DNA of 64,000 bases from Lama guanicoe (taxonomy: Eukaryota): the NCBI GenBank assembly GCA_013239625.1, contig MU054212.1, positions 9,224,898-9,288,897 on the forward strand, in the 5' to 3' direction. Position numbers and translations under genes: made by a program. The notes beneath the pieces are model-generated. The model made no database searches. It worked only from the letters and a program-made list of their open reading frames with translations, and was not told where the DNA came from. How positions within the stretch are numbered: the stretch's first letter is position 1; each line of letters begins with the position of its first letter. Shown here in pieces: positions 1-13,064 of the stretch.

Positions 1-209
1 TTGTTTGGTTATGAATGATGCAGGATTTTTTAATCATTAGCATCTTGGCTCTGCTGGGTGTTTTTGGCAGACGGGCCCTCCAGCCAGCCCTGCGCTGCGC
101 TCTGTGCATCAGGAAACCAGCTCACTCTGCAGGTGTTTCGTCCATAAACAAGCATCAGCCACGGGCTCCTCATTCTTTTTACGGAAACCCTTTGGAATTT
201 AACTTTCAG

Positions 210-424
210 ATACAAATACTTGGAGCAGTTGGCAGCTGAGGCGCATGAGAAGGAGCTGAGAAGCCGGAGCGCGAGCCGGGGCAGAGCTGACCTCTCCTTG
301 GACCTGACCTCACCGGCAGCCCCAGCCTTCCCCGCCCCCCTGAGCTGTAGCCCTTCGTCTCTAGATTCACAGGAGGCTCTCAAGGTTTCATCCTCCTCCC
401 CGGGAACACCTCAGCCTCCCCAAG
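210..424 (+). CDS. FHOD3: FHOD3 coding exon, central region (..YKYLEQLAAEAHEKELRSRSASRGRADLSLDLTSP..PQPPQ)
   Basis: Acceptor aactttcag|A at 209/210 and donor CAAG|gtgagt at 424/425. Translation matches the FHOD3 central region as I recall it. Phase 2 in, phase 1 out. Confidence 0.9.
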
Positions 425-917
425 GTGAGTGCGGGGAGAGGAGAGGGACACTGATGGGGTAATGAACATCAGACAGGCTGCTTCTGCACAGCAGTAACCA
501 TTCCTGCGTGCAGACTCATACTGAGAGGCAACTAATGGGATGCTTCGGGGGGTGGCTGCTACGTGAGGGGTCTGCAGAGCCACTTGCCAAAGCACAGTTA
601 TTTATAAAGATATCAGTGTATGTTCACTGAAAAAGGGGAATGCCGAAAATAAGACTTACTTTGACATTTAATCCTAAATTGCAGGTGGTTTAACGTTATT
701 ACTCTGTAATTTGCATGCTATTTATTGATTGGATCTGCCCAATAAAATGACCCCTTTTAAATGTGCTTACTATAGGAATTGTCAGTCTGGTTTAAGTTAA
801 ACCGATGGAGAATAAAGTTAATCAAAGCAAGCAAAGAAAAATGTGGACCTAGTGAAAATAGAAGTTAAGCATTGAAGATGGAAAAAAAAGAGGAAATAGT
901 GAAGATGACTGGCACGT

Positions 918-948
918 GGTGTGGGTGTGGGTGGGTGTGGGTGTGGGT
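918..948 (+). repeat. (GGGTGT)n-like G-rich simple repeat
   Basis: ggtgtgggtgtgggtgggtgtgggtgtgggt; five GGG tracts. Confidence 0.85.
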
Positions 949-2128
949 GCTTGTGTGCAGGCAGGCAGGCTCTCCCTATAGAAATTCCCTACCGTCTCAG
1001 CTTTGGAGAAAAGCAGCGATGTTGTCCCCTGCAGCCTTGGGGCATCAGCAGTTTTCCTGGTTGCAAATTGTGGGTCCTTTTTCTTTCACATTGTCAGAGA
1101 GGATGGGTCTCGGGTGCAGGCACTTAACATTGCGTGGAGACTAACTCTGTGGCTAGGACTGTTTAGTTTAACTGAGTGTTATGGCTTATAGCCTGATGTA
1201 GACTTAGCCAGCTGAAGACAACAGAGACACTAAACTTTTAACTCTAAGAGGGTTGACTAAATATGGCATAAAGTCTGATTTAAACAAGGCAGGACTCCAT
1301 GACCTCAGCAGAACTGGATGTAACGGAGCAATCTTGGCTGTCCAGTTCTCTGCTGGTTCTCCAAGCCTCAGGGCTCAATCGGCAGGAGCAGGCTGGTGCC
1401 ACCCCAGCTTTCCATCACATCCAGTCACCCCTGGTCCCTGAGCCATGGAAGACTGTACCGGGCAGATGGCTCAGCCGTAGATGAGTAATGTTGGTCTTAA
1501 AATATCATGACTCTGAGGATCAGGAAAACAGACTGCTCTGTCACAGCTCTGTGCTTTCCAAGCCCTGCCTGATATCACTGCTCTGTCTACATAGTGGTAT
1601 TTCCAGAGGCAATGTAACAAATATTCCCCTGCAAAATTGTGGCTCAGCACTTCATCTTGAGACCTTTTACTCTCCGAGTTATATCTCTAGCACTTTACAG
1701 ATGGTTGTCCAAACTGTGAAGTGCAGAGTGGCCGCAAGCTGAGAGGAAGTGGTCAGTATTTATAAACATTGTTTTCCAGCTTTTTTTAATCTCCTTGATG
1801 TTTGTTTGTGGCAAAAAGGCAGTGTTTTGGCTGGTCACAGTCAAACTCGAGGCCATTCAAGGAATTAAAAAGACAAGATACTTGAAACTTCAGTAAGTAC
1901 ACAGAAAATACTTATTTTGTGCATACATAGTATGCATTTGGGGAAAATAAAGTTATTTCAGTATGCTTTCAGAAAGATAAATAGCAAATGTCATTTTCCC
2001 TTGCAGAGAAGGGATCAATGAGTCTAAGAGAAGGTTTGACTGAAATCACACCGTAATTGAGATCTGCATCAGAAAAAGGGATCCTGGACTTGAATTTAAG
2101 ACCTGGTTGAAAATTAATAGAACAGTGA

Positions 2129-2262
2129 GGGGAGGGTATAGCTCATTTGGTAGAGTGTGTGTTTAGCATGCATAAGGTCCTGGGTTCAATCCCCAGTACC
2201 TCTGTTAAAAATAATAAGTAAATACATAATAAAACCTAATTACTCTCCCCCCATGAAAAAAC
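2129..2262 (+). mobile_element. tRNA-Ala-derived SINE (camelid Vic-1 type)
   Basis: GGGGAGGGTATAGCTCA..GGTAGAG..AGCATGCATAAGGTCCTGGGTTCAATCCCCAGTACCTC head with A and B boxes, A-rich tail, and 14-bp target-site duplication aaattaatagaaca at 2111-2124 and 2263-2276. Confidence 0.88.
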
Positions 2263-5200
2263 AAATTAATAGAACAACGTTGATGTTTGCTTTTTCCTTC
2301 GTGGGGGGAGGGGACGAGGAAACAGTGAGTCTTGTGATTCCACAAGAATCTAGAAGCACTGTCCATCATATGTTAAGTCATTGTCACCCAGATCAGTTGG
2401 AAACAATAAATATTCTGACATCCTTGTCCTGATACTTAACTGAATTACACAACTGGAAATTTCAAGTGTCGAAGGAGAAGTGCTGTAAGAGGATGCTCTC
2501 AAAGAGAATGACTGAAGCTGCCTTCTGACTTGCAGCCTTTGCCCTTACGACTGAAACACAAAACAGATAGGATGGGAAGATTTCCCTCAGCCTGGTTTGT
2601 TGTGCTTTTTTGAAACATTCTGCTAGTGTCCAGTTAATAAGTCTGTCCTTTTCACCAGGTCCCACTTTCCGATGCTGAAAGTGACTTTTTTTTTGCTTAT
2701 TCCTAACATTGACAGTATTCCTGGAGGAGGAATAAAAAATGCAGTCACGCCTCCAGGTGTTTGTCCTGCACCAAACACCTGGCGTGTGGTCCAGACGTGC
2801 CAGGGGCTGACTGGAGTGCTCATTCCTGCTCCTTGTGGAATCAGATGCTAGTAATTGATTTCACATTTTTTGTTGTGCTCAGTGTCTTCCTTCCAAATGC
2901 TACTCTTGGATACCTTGTGGTGCATCTGATTAAGTAGGGGAGATGCTATTATCCACATTTAACTGAGGCTCAGACAGTTGGAAGATATGCTTCAGATCTT
3001 GTTGGCACCAGACTGGGAGTACGTCAGGCACTGTTTAGACTCCCAACCCAGCTGTCTTTCCGGGCATCATGGTACCCTGGTGTTTGTGGTGCTACTCCCA
3101 TTAATGGCACGCCATTCCCTCGCTGCCCCTTCCCCAGTATCTGTAAACATTGTAGCCTACATTTCAGAATTTTATTTACAAAAAAAAAAAGGAAAAACAG
3201 GTAATTGTTCCTGAATCATACCTAACTCAGGATTAAAGGTCACTTTATGAGATCTTTTATTAAAACCCATTTGGGTTGTAGAGGACTTTTGATGGCTGAA
3301 AATACGAAAACATGAAAGACTTCTTTACCTTTACTCTGACAAAATATATTTACAAAGAGGAAAGGGCAAGTGGTCAAAATACCAGTTTGTGCGCCATCTA
3401 GTGAGATCTTTCAGCCAAAAACCTCCCCAGCTAAATCTGCTTTAACTTTTGCATAAATTATGCCACCACCCCCACCAGCAAGTCAGCGTGTGCTTGAATT
3501 ACTTTTCCATCTGGCCGTCTTGCAGCTCACAGCAGATGTTTGTCCCACTGGAGCCTAAGCTTCGTGGTGATGCTCTGAATGTTTTTCCTTTGTGTGAAAC
3601 TCTCAGGCCCAAGTGATGAAGAAACAGGATGCGTGTGTTCTCAATTGCTCTGTCCTCTAGTGAGTGGAGACAGATCGCCTCACAACATCCAGGCAAACGT
3701 GGAAGGGTCTCTCTCTTCATCCATTGCTTTAATTACCCTTTCTTTATTGTCACTGAGCCCTGGAGATATACTTCAGAATATCTGTCTAATAAGTTTATTT
3801 CCTATTATTTTAAGAAACTCACAGATGACTCTGGAAACAGATTAGTTGTCTTCACTCATTAGAGAAGAAGGTACAGTGTTCTTAGTGGGATAGAGTTCTT
3901 CGGTGTGACCCTTGAGGAAGTTACTCTGAGGATTAAAATAATGATAATCTGTGGACCCACAGTGAAGTCACAATAGCAAGGTCACCTCTGATGCCAGTGG
4001 GGGTGAGAATCTAGGTAACCTGTTCCATGGAAACAAAGTGGAGAAAACCACTCATCTCAAAACGAGGTGCTGAAGGTGGTCCCTGCAGGGTGCCCCGGAG
4101 GTGAACTGCCTTCCTTAGAAGTGAGAAGTGTGCTCTCTGCAGGCTCCCTGGTTCGCAAACCTGAGTCCCTGCTGAGGCTAAATGGAGAGAAGTCACCATT
4201 TCCCAGCAGAAAGAAGCTGCTGTGAAGAGTTTACAAGGCACTTCCACCCACTAGTGCAGGCCTGAGGGCATACCTAGCGACTCGATTGTGTTTCTCATTT
4301 TTTAGCTCACTATTTTCTATTTTGCTCACAGAAATAACAGTTTAGAGATGCATTTGAAAATTTGACCACGCTGTATTAATTTTATGCCAGGGAAAGGTGT
4401 GTTCAACAGTGATGTTTCTCCTACCTGTGATTGATTCCTGGATATTTCCAGATATCTGGAGATATAAAATATGGCTTATATGGCCATGACCTATTCACCA
4501 GCACCCACCTGGAGGCACTTGCATAGACTATGGACATGATGACTGATGTTTTCTCTCACAGATCCCAGCATTTAAAGTCCTGGTAAATATGACAATTTCT
4601 CTAGCCTTCTGATCTTCATACTTGGAAATAAAACATAGCTATATAGTTATATCGTGAAATGTTCAGTTCGTTGAAATGAATCATCAGTTTTTTATCATTT
4701 TCATTCATCATCATGGCTGTTGTCATTGTCACCAGTCATTGACTGAGCATCTTCGTCCGCTTCATTGTGTGATGTGTTTGTAGCCTCCCTCAGGTACAGA
4801 TATGCTCTCCGAGGCCATCCAGTCCCCCTGGCGGGAATCACAAACATCTGGTATCCGGCTTCCAGCTAGCCCAGTACTGATGGAATAGTATCAGCCATCA
4901 GCTTCGTGCATTCTGGTTGCCTTGCATCGAGCTTTTAGGCATCTCCAATCCAGTGTTTCCTGAATTGGCAGGAAACTGGAGTCCTTGTGGTTCTGGGACT
5001 TCGGGCCGCCCACCTCCCTGCCCCTCACCTGACAGCTGCTGCTTGATGCCGCTTGGTCAGTTACACAGAATGTCCCAGGAACTCAACCCGAGGCCACAGC
5101 CCTGCCTGCTGCACCTGCTGGGGAACTTTTTTGAAAGTCTTTGCAATCATTGGATTTTTCTGCCTTGCATCTCTCTGTCTCTAAAAATGGAAAAAGGCAA

Positions 5201-5442
5201 AAATTTCCCCTCTTTTCCTCTTATGGAGAATGACAGTTGCCTGCTGTGTGTTTTATTGCACCATATTTTTTTAAAACAATGTTAAATAGTCTTGAGGTTT
5301 TTTTTTTTTTTTGAAGTAGACAGTATAAATCTTAAGTATGCTTAAGTAAAGATAAGGCGCAGAGCAGCACTGGGCAAGTTGTTAAAGAAGAGTGTTATGG
5401 GGTCAACGTGATAATTTCGTAGACAGCAGTAGGCATCAAAAT

Positions 5443-5700
5443 CTGTGAGGGACCTGAGATTTTTCCCCTACATGTAAGCTAGTGAGTTCGCCTGCCATGA
5501 TCTCATGGATGTTGGCAGAAGACATGAAACTCTTGGGTCAGAAACAAAGGACTTTATTACTCATAGCAATAGCAGTAGCCAGAATGTCAGCATTTGTGCC
5601 ATTTCTCCGAGCCCCAGTTTCCACAAAGTGCTGTGAATAGGCCCAAGTGATACCTGCACACACACCGAGTGAAACTCTGAGTTTCAAGACCTCAAATCTT
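5443..5700. mobile_element. Ancient ERVL-class LTR fragment (family not assigned)
   Basis: tgtgagggacctgagatt..catggatgttggcagaagac..caaaggactttattactca resembles old eutherian ERVL LTR consensus text; recognised by eye only. Confidence 0.5.
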
Positions 5701-6345
5701 ATAATATTACAGGAGAGTTATACTGTGTACATGTTTAACCAAGTGAACTTAGCCAAAAGCATGGTCTGAGAGGCAAAATGCTGGGAGTGGAAGTTACAGT
5801 TTAAATAGTGCTTGTAATCCTGCCAGCATCCAACGCAGGTGTGTGTCCCCAGGTGCGCATGACATGAGGGCCACGGATCTTTTTTTTTTTTTCTTGAGCC
5901 ATTCCTGACTCTCATATGCCTCTTGCCATTTGAACAACTTGTTGCACCAAATGTGATTTTAGAATTTAAGGATCTGTGTTTGGAGAGAATGTGGCCCATG
6001 ACTATAATTGCAGGACGTCTTACAGCGTTTCACTGAAGCTCGGTGAAAACTCGGATGGTCAGAACGCAGGGGGTGGGTGTGGGATCTGTAAGGTGGTATC
6101 TTCCTAAAGGACTTTTGAGGGTCATTTTGACCGCACATGGTTTTCATCTGAAGAGGTGGCTCAGGTCAGAGTCTGATTGGAAAAATCTAGCTGTGACTCT
6201 GAGGACAAAGCTGGGCTTCATTTTAAAGGCATACAAATTCATTAGACCCATGAATCAGTATTTTGCAGGTAATATGTGCTTTTCTTCGGGGGGAAAGCTG
6301 GAGTAGACTGAGGTTGTGTCCATCCTAATGGAACTATTCCTATTG

Positions 6346-6575
6346 AGCAGTGATTCTCGACCAGGAGTGACTTTTCCTCCCAGGGGACATTTGGTAGTGC
6401 CTGGCGATGTTTTTGGTTGTCACAACTGGAGAGGAGCCTCTCCCTTGGCCTCTAATGGGTGGAAGCCAGAAATGCTCCCAAATAGTCTATGAAGCACAGG
6501 ATAGTAGGCAACAGCGCCCTCCACCACGAAGAATTATCTGACCCCAAATCTCCAGAATTCTAAGTCCGAGAACTC
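6346..6575. mobile_element. MER20-like hAT DNA transposon remnant
   Basis: cagtgattctc..cccaggggacatttgg..gatgtttttggttgtcacaactgg..aagaattatctgaccccaaat matches the MER20 consensus pattern. Confidence 0.75.
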
Positions 6576-9500
6576 CTGCTCCAGAGGGAACCTGAGCGAA
6601 CAGCTTAGCAAGACCTGGCCTAACACCAAAGGCAAAATGCAAAGAATTTTCGAAGTTGTGAGCTTTTTCTCTTGGGACCTTTTTCACATTTATGGGCTTC
6701 AACCACAAGTTTAAAGTCAGTGGTGTTAGTTATTAGCTCTGAACTGGGGAGGTCCCTGGAATCTACAGTTTCGAGCCACTATTATAGGACTGGCTGGCCC
6801 AGCCCTCAGTTTCATAAGACCTGCCAGAAAGCCAAGTTCTTGGCAAAGTCATTGAGACATCATCACAGATTGAAATCGATTGAAGCCACTCAGAGACTTA
6901 TTAAGTTCAGATCTTTCTACCAGCAATTTATCTCTTCAAAGAAAAATTTGCATGACAGGAGATTCCAGTTGGCCACTCTTGGACTCAGCTGTCAGGGACA
7001 TGGATGAGAGCGGAGCTGGAATGTTCGTGCCCACTGTGTGTGTTTTGTTTTGCTTTCTCAGAAACAGTTATATACTCCTTTGTGGCTCAAGTTGCCCACC
7101 ACACAGTGTAACATCACAATGAACAGATCAGGCCGATCAAAGTTTGAATCCCAGCTCTGCTGGCCAGCGAGGCTCTGTTGGAGGGAGATGGCGCGTGCTC
7201 AGAGGGTGCCTGAAGGCAGGCTGTGAAGGGCTGGTTTGCTGAGGTCCAGAGAGGGTCACGGGACCATCAGAGGGCAGGGAAGCACCCAGAGACTAGCAGC
7301 AGTGGGAAACTGTCCAGACTCTTCCCACCTCTAGGCCTGGAAAAACTTGATAAACAGCTAGGACTCGGTAAGAGCTCTGGCCTTGGGAGGGACCCCAAGG
7401 AGCAGAAGGCTGGCCCAACAACCTCTGTCACACTGGCCCCGCATGAAGAGAGGTGGGACATAAATATGCCAGTGTCTCCCTCCTGCTACCTTTGCAGGTA
7501 CCTCCTGAGGGCCAACTTCTCTGAAAATGAAGGGGATGGAAACTCTCAGAGAGGCCAGCCTCCCAGGACACAGAGCGGAGCAGAGAATGGGTCTGCAAGA
7601 GCAGGCTGAGAGTATTCAGGATGCTGTGTAGCCCGGGGCAATTTCCTTAACCTCTCTGAACACCTCTCCTCATTTCTCACATGGGGACATTAAACTTCAT
7701 ATTGTTGGTGAGAACTGAATAGGGTGATGTGTCTCTGGTTCCTAGGACGGCACAGGTGTGTCGAAGGCAGGCTGTAGACAGCGGCTTTCACCTTGACTTC
7801 ACTTAAGGCCAAGCAGGGCCTGATGCCTAATGAGATTTTAGGGACCAGATGAGGAGTCGGGGCTGGGCTTTTAAAGGGGCAAAGAATTACGCTGTATGAG
7901 TCAATGTCTGCTCCGGCTGACTTGGAACAGGGGATGAGCTGGCTGAAATCCTCAAGGCCTGCTCTTCCCTTTTCTCTCTCCCAGGTCTGTGATCTGCATG
8001 AGGGAATCCCAGTCATTGGACTGGGCGCCCTTTTACATTCTCTTAACAAACACTTAAGTGTTCCCTCTTTCCCCGTGGTTCTCATGCTGATGGTTTCCAT
8101 CCTGGCTCCCCAGCCTCTTGCTCCTGGAATGTCTACTTCCTTTGGATAAAGAACCCCTGTTAGTGGCCGTATTCAGAGGATACGTCCTTCCCCACAGGAT
8201 GGCAATAACCAGGCTCCTTGTGACTTCCTTCTGAATGTACCGCAGACCTCTTGCTTCCTATTATATCTTTCACCTTCCATAAATCATCCCTTGCTCTAGC
8301 CTTTTCTGTAGTTCAGTTTTGTATTATTTTGTTCTGTTTTCTTTCTGCTCCCTTATACTTCCCTACCTCCAAACCTTAAAATTTAAAGTCCTCTGAATCA
8401 GGTCAGTGTGGGTTCTGGCCAAATACATTTTTCTGGCCTTTGCTAAGTACCTTCTAGCCATGCCAAGATCCCATCAGTCTGCTCTCTCAGGATGTGGTCC
8501 AGGAAGACAGATCCCAGCTTTGGACGCCTTTTGTGTTGCCAGGTTTTCTTGCCATGTCCTCATTTCATTTCCAAGCTGGCGCCCACCGCGGGGAGGAGGG
8601 CTGCCGGGCACCTGGGCTTTGGCTGTTCCCTCCAGGCCTCGGCTTTCTGGGGGCAGGAAGAGATCCCCCCACGGAGAGGTCTGAGGGTTCCTGAGACGGT
8701 TCACGTGCAGTGCTCCGTAACGGTGCCTCCCAGGGGACCACAGCCCTGCAGCGGCCCCCTCCCCTCGGATGCTAGCCTTCCACCCCCTCCAGGAGATCCT
8801 GGGATGGAAAACTTCCCACCGTCCAGAATCTTAGTCACGTGCCCGAGTGTTCCTCCAGGGGTGCCGTTTCTTTGTTTTCTTTTTCTCTGAAGCCCTACCG
8901 CCTGGCATTCACCTCTTCTCAGTCTCTTTGTCTCCGGGCTTTGCAGACACGCTGAATGTTCACCCTACACCGATGCGGAGCCTGACCTGTGGCTGCAGGC
9001 GCACCTCCGCTGTCCTGGCGGAAAGAGTGGTGTGCCTGTGATGTGGGTGCAGTCAGGGGTCCTCTCAGACAAAGTGAAATGTGGCCTGTCTCCACCTGCA
9101 GCAGACATCACTGCCCTTAGTGTACAGCCCTAGGGCCTTAACTCACCTTAAAAGGCTCATTGCCCCAGCCCCTGATGGTGCATCTCTCATCCCCTCCTGA
9201 GTGCCGTGTGCTCCTGGTCTCTGCATGTTCTCTTTCCTCTGTCCAGAACATTCTCATGTCCAGTTTTTACTCTTTAACTCCTTTTCATTCTTGGAGACTG
9301 CTTAAATATCATTTTGGTCCAAGCTTTGCCAAAGACCCTGGCCAGCCCCTCCCAGGGCACCATGCTTTTGCTCTTAGAACACCCATCACATTTACAAATT
9401 TTTTTTTTCCTGTGTCTGGTGGGAGCCGAGGGGCTGGGATTTCCTTGTGTCCACTGGTGGTACGGTTTGCCCACTTTGGCCACACAGAGGGCACACATGA

Positions 9501-12407
9501 CGTGGAGGATCTCTTAGCTCCTTTGGAGCCTCCAGACACAAGAGCTGGGTCTGTCTCATGAGTCAGCATGCCTCTCACCACCGACACCATTGTTGGGTTT
9601 CAGTGAGCAGTTTGCATCCTTCAGTATGGACAAATAACGTAGCTCCCTTTGGGACTTTTCCTGCAGACTTACATGGTTCCTCCTGTTTCCTGGGGTCTCA
9701 GCGAGATCAGTGACACTTTCCCCCATGTCTGCTGGACATGCTGGGGTGGCTCGGGGCAGTGACTCAGGAGGAAAAGTTGTGGAGGGGGCTGTTGGTGATG
9801 GAGGTCTTGGTGAAGGAAAATGGGAGAGGGGCGCAGACTTGTTCTGGAATTCAGTGTGTAGTCTCTGGGTGTCTCCCCAGTGTCCATGAGAAGTCCGGGA
9901 GCAGATGCTGGCCCCAGGATCACACGGGGGGTCCCTGGACGTGAGAGGAAGGCAGACTCTTAGCCCCCAGGGAACTTTTGTTTTTTCGTTCCTGTGTTTA
10001 TTAACAGCTCGAGGAGGGCTCAGCTATGGGTACCTGCCAGGGACTCCCTATCACCTGTCACCCAGTGCCCTCACTAGGTACCTGGCCCTGTACCACGGTG
10101 ACCCCCATTGATGGGTTTTTACATCCCATATCACTAGCCAAGGGGTGAGTCGTCTGCAAGCAGGGGTGTGTGTATGTCCCTGACATGCGTGTTGCCTGGG
10201 ACATTCAGGGCAGAGGGGTCAGGGCTGAGGCTCTGCAGGTTCGCTCTCTGTCCCCTTCTCTCTCTGTCTTTGGTGGTTCGGCTTGACTTGAACGTGTGTG
10301 AATATGATGTAATGTGTTCGTCGTGAGAGCAGCTTCCTGCAGCACCGATTTGCAGTCAGGCCCTGGGGACGCTGAGCCTGCATCCCGGTCAGGAGCTCCT
10401 TTTGGAGATGACTGCCTCCCCAGCAGGAATGAAAACGAGAAACCACCCTAGTGGTCGGATCGCACATGTCAACGTCTGACTCTGTGAAGCGAGGCTGAAC
10501 ACGGCGGGGCGACGGGATGGCACTGTTTATTCCCAAGAGAGTGTGGCTTTCTAGCGTGTGCATGTCCCTTGCCAGCCTGTCCCTGCAGCCACCAGCTCCT
10601 CAGGGGCCAGAGTCGCTACTTAAGTGGAAGGAAATGCCAGCGGAGTGCGTGGAGGCTGGAGTCAAACAACCGTGGCTCCTTCCTACTCTGTCTGCCAGTC
10701 TCCTGGGGACGGTGAGGGGAGACAGGCTGATGGCAACCAACCACACCGGGTCCTGGTCAGGGAGAGAGCCACACGGAGGCACCCTCTCCAGTGTTCGCCA
10801 TCTGCTCGTCAATTAAAACTGAAACGCACGCCACATGCGAGGCTGTTGGAAACACACTTTTCATTTTGATGTGGCTCTTCTGAAGTCAGTGTGTGTGAGA
10901 ACACATGCTCTCTGTCAACCAAATGATGACACTGCTGGTACTCAGACCACGCTTCTGCCATGCTGGAAAAACAAACGGGGCTGGGGAGCTCTTTGCTCAG
11001 TACTCTACTATCAGATGAAAAAGAAATTCCCATTTAAAAAAAAAAAAAAGCGTTCAACGCCAAAGGGAATTTTTCTCTAAGGTCTGTTCACTCTTCCCCT
11101 GTACCCAGCCTCCTTTTTTTTTGCTTTTAAGGAAAAGTGCCTGGTGCACGTGCGTTCACGTGGTGTGCCCTTTGGTGTCCCCCTGCTACTGACAGCCAGT
11201 GCCTCTCAGCCTGGAAATGTTGCTGTCATATTGCTAGTTTCAAACCGTCGCTTCTGGGACACCCAGCAGGGACGCCCAGCAGGCTGCAGACAGCCCTTCC
11301 TGCCCTGTCCTCTCTTCCTCCAGTTGGCCCAGGAAGCAGGTGCCTGCATTAGGCTGGAGTCCCAGCAGAAGACATATGATGTGTCGTCAGGCCCCGGGCG
11401 GGCAGCAGGGAAGGTCCCTCTGTCCTGTACATCCAGTTCCTACCTGAAGGGCACTGAGGAGATTCCCACAGAGGAGCATTTCTTCTCCCTTTTTTTTCTC
11501 CGTTGGAAGTTACCCAGGACATCAAGGAGAGGCTGACGTTTCATCTTCCTCACAGGCTCCCTCCCTCCCTCCCCAGGGCCCTGACTCATCCTCTGAGAGA
11601 GGCAGTGAGAGTGAGCGCAGACAAGGGGTTCTGGACCCAGTGAGTGCGTCCTTGCAGAATGACTTTTTGCTGGGATGCGAGGGCAGCCGGGCCCCCTGCC
11701 CAGTGAGGCCTGAGCTTTCCTCTCCCATAGTAATGCCACTGCCTGGCCTGGGAGGGGAGCCTGCCCTGGGCCCCCCATTGCCCATCACCTGAGCTGGCAG
11801 GATGCCTCCACAAAGAGAGACCCCTCCCCCATCTGCCTGTTCTCAGGGGGTCTGGGCAGACCCCGTACAGTTCCTGCCACTACAGATCCTGCCTGAATTT
11901 CTCTCTTGCTTCTAGCAGTGTGTGCCTGGGGCTGGAGCGCGGCCAGGATTCCAGCGATGTGACTTGGCCCAGCCTGGACGGTCAGGCCCTCAGGAGTGAC
12001 TCTTCCTCCTCTGGCCTTTACAGATGACTTCTTTTTTTTGTATTCTCAGTCATTTTGCTACCCATCCACAGCTCACAGCTGAGAGGGTTGCTCAGCAAAC
12101 ACAGGCATGAGGCAGACTGCCTTTTCCCTCCTCCCTAGTGGATGACACGGAGCCTGAGTGTCTGGCTTTGGGACCAGCATCAAATCTCCAGTCTTGATAA
12201 GTTTACAGAGTCCTGTGCCCATGAGTGGTTCTTCTCAGTAACTTTCAGAATGACAGACTGACTTCACATTATAAGCAAACACAATTCAAGCAACGGGTGG
12301 TGGGCCTCACTGGTTAAGCCACTGAAAAACCATCAGGCTGCTCTTTGCTTCTCAGCCTGATTGACCACGGATTTTTTTCCTGTTTCTTTGAAGAGGCCAA
12401 AGTAGCA

Positions 12408-12986
12408 TGTATTAGTTTGCTATTGCTGTGTAACAAGTCACACAAACATGGCTATTCAGACCACTACCCATTTATTATCTCACAGTTTCCCCTGGTCAGA
12501 AGCCCAGCATGGCTACCTGGGTTCTCAGCTGGGGGTATCACAAGGCCACAGTCAAGGCTGTGGCTGGCGGGTCTCTCATCACGAGGCCGTGTGAAGAACA
12601 CACCTCCAGGGGCACTCAGGTTGTTGGCAGAACTCAGTTTCTTGTGCTTGTAGAACCGAGGTCCACGTTCCTTGTTGGCTGTTGGCCAAGAGTTGTTCTC
12701 AGTTTCTAAGGCCACCCCCCTCCTTGTCACGTGGGCTGCTCTGTCTTTAAAGCCAGCACTGAAGTGTTAAATACTTCCTTTGCTTCTGATCTCTCTGATA
12801 TCCTTTTCTGGTGCTAATCAGAAAACACTCTGCTTTTAAAAGGCTCGCCAGGTTGGATCGTCTCTGTGTCTTAAGGTTAAGCAACTTGAGATGTGAATTC
12901 AGGCCACACAGCGCCTAGATTCACATCTGACTGAATAACCAGGGGACAGGAATCCAGGGGTCCAGCTGAGAATTCTGCCTGCCATA
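12408..12986 (-). mobile_element. MLT1-family MaLR solo LTR
   Basis: Begins tgtattagtttgctattgctgtgtaacaa (reverse complement of the MLT1 3' end), followed by tttattatctcacagtt and gttgttggcagaactcagtttcttg motifs. Confidence 0.75.
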
Positions 12987-13064
12987 GACGGCACGGAGAA
13001 GTCCATTTTCGCACTCATTTGATGCTCAAGAAATTTCTATCGGGATTATAATCTCCACTGTTGT

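Noticed and set aside
4442..4465. Palindrome tccagatatctgga with imperfect extension
   Set aside because: A few 14-bp palindromes are expected by chance in 64 kb, and there is no supporting context.
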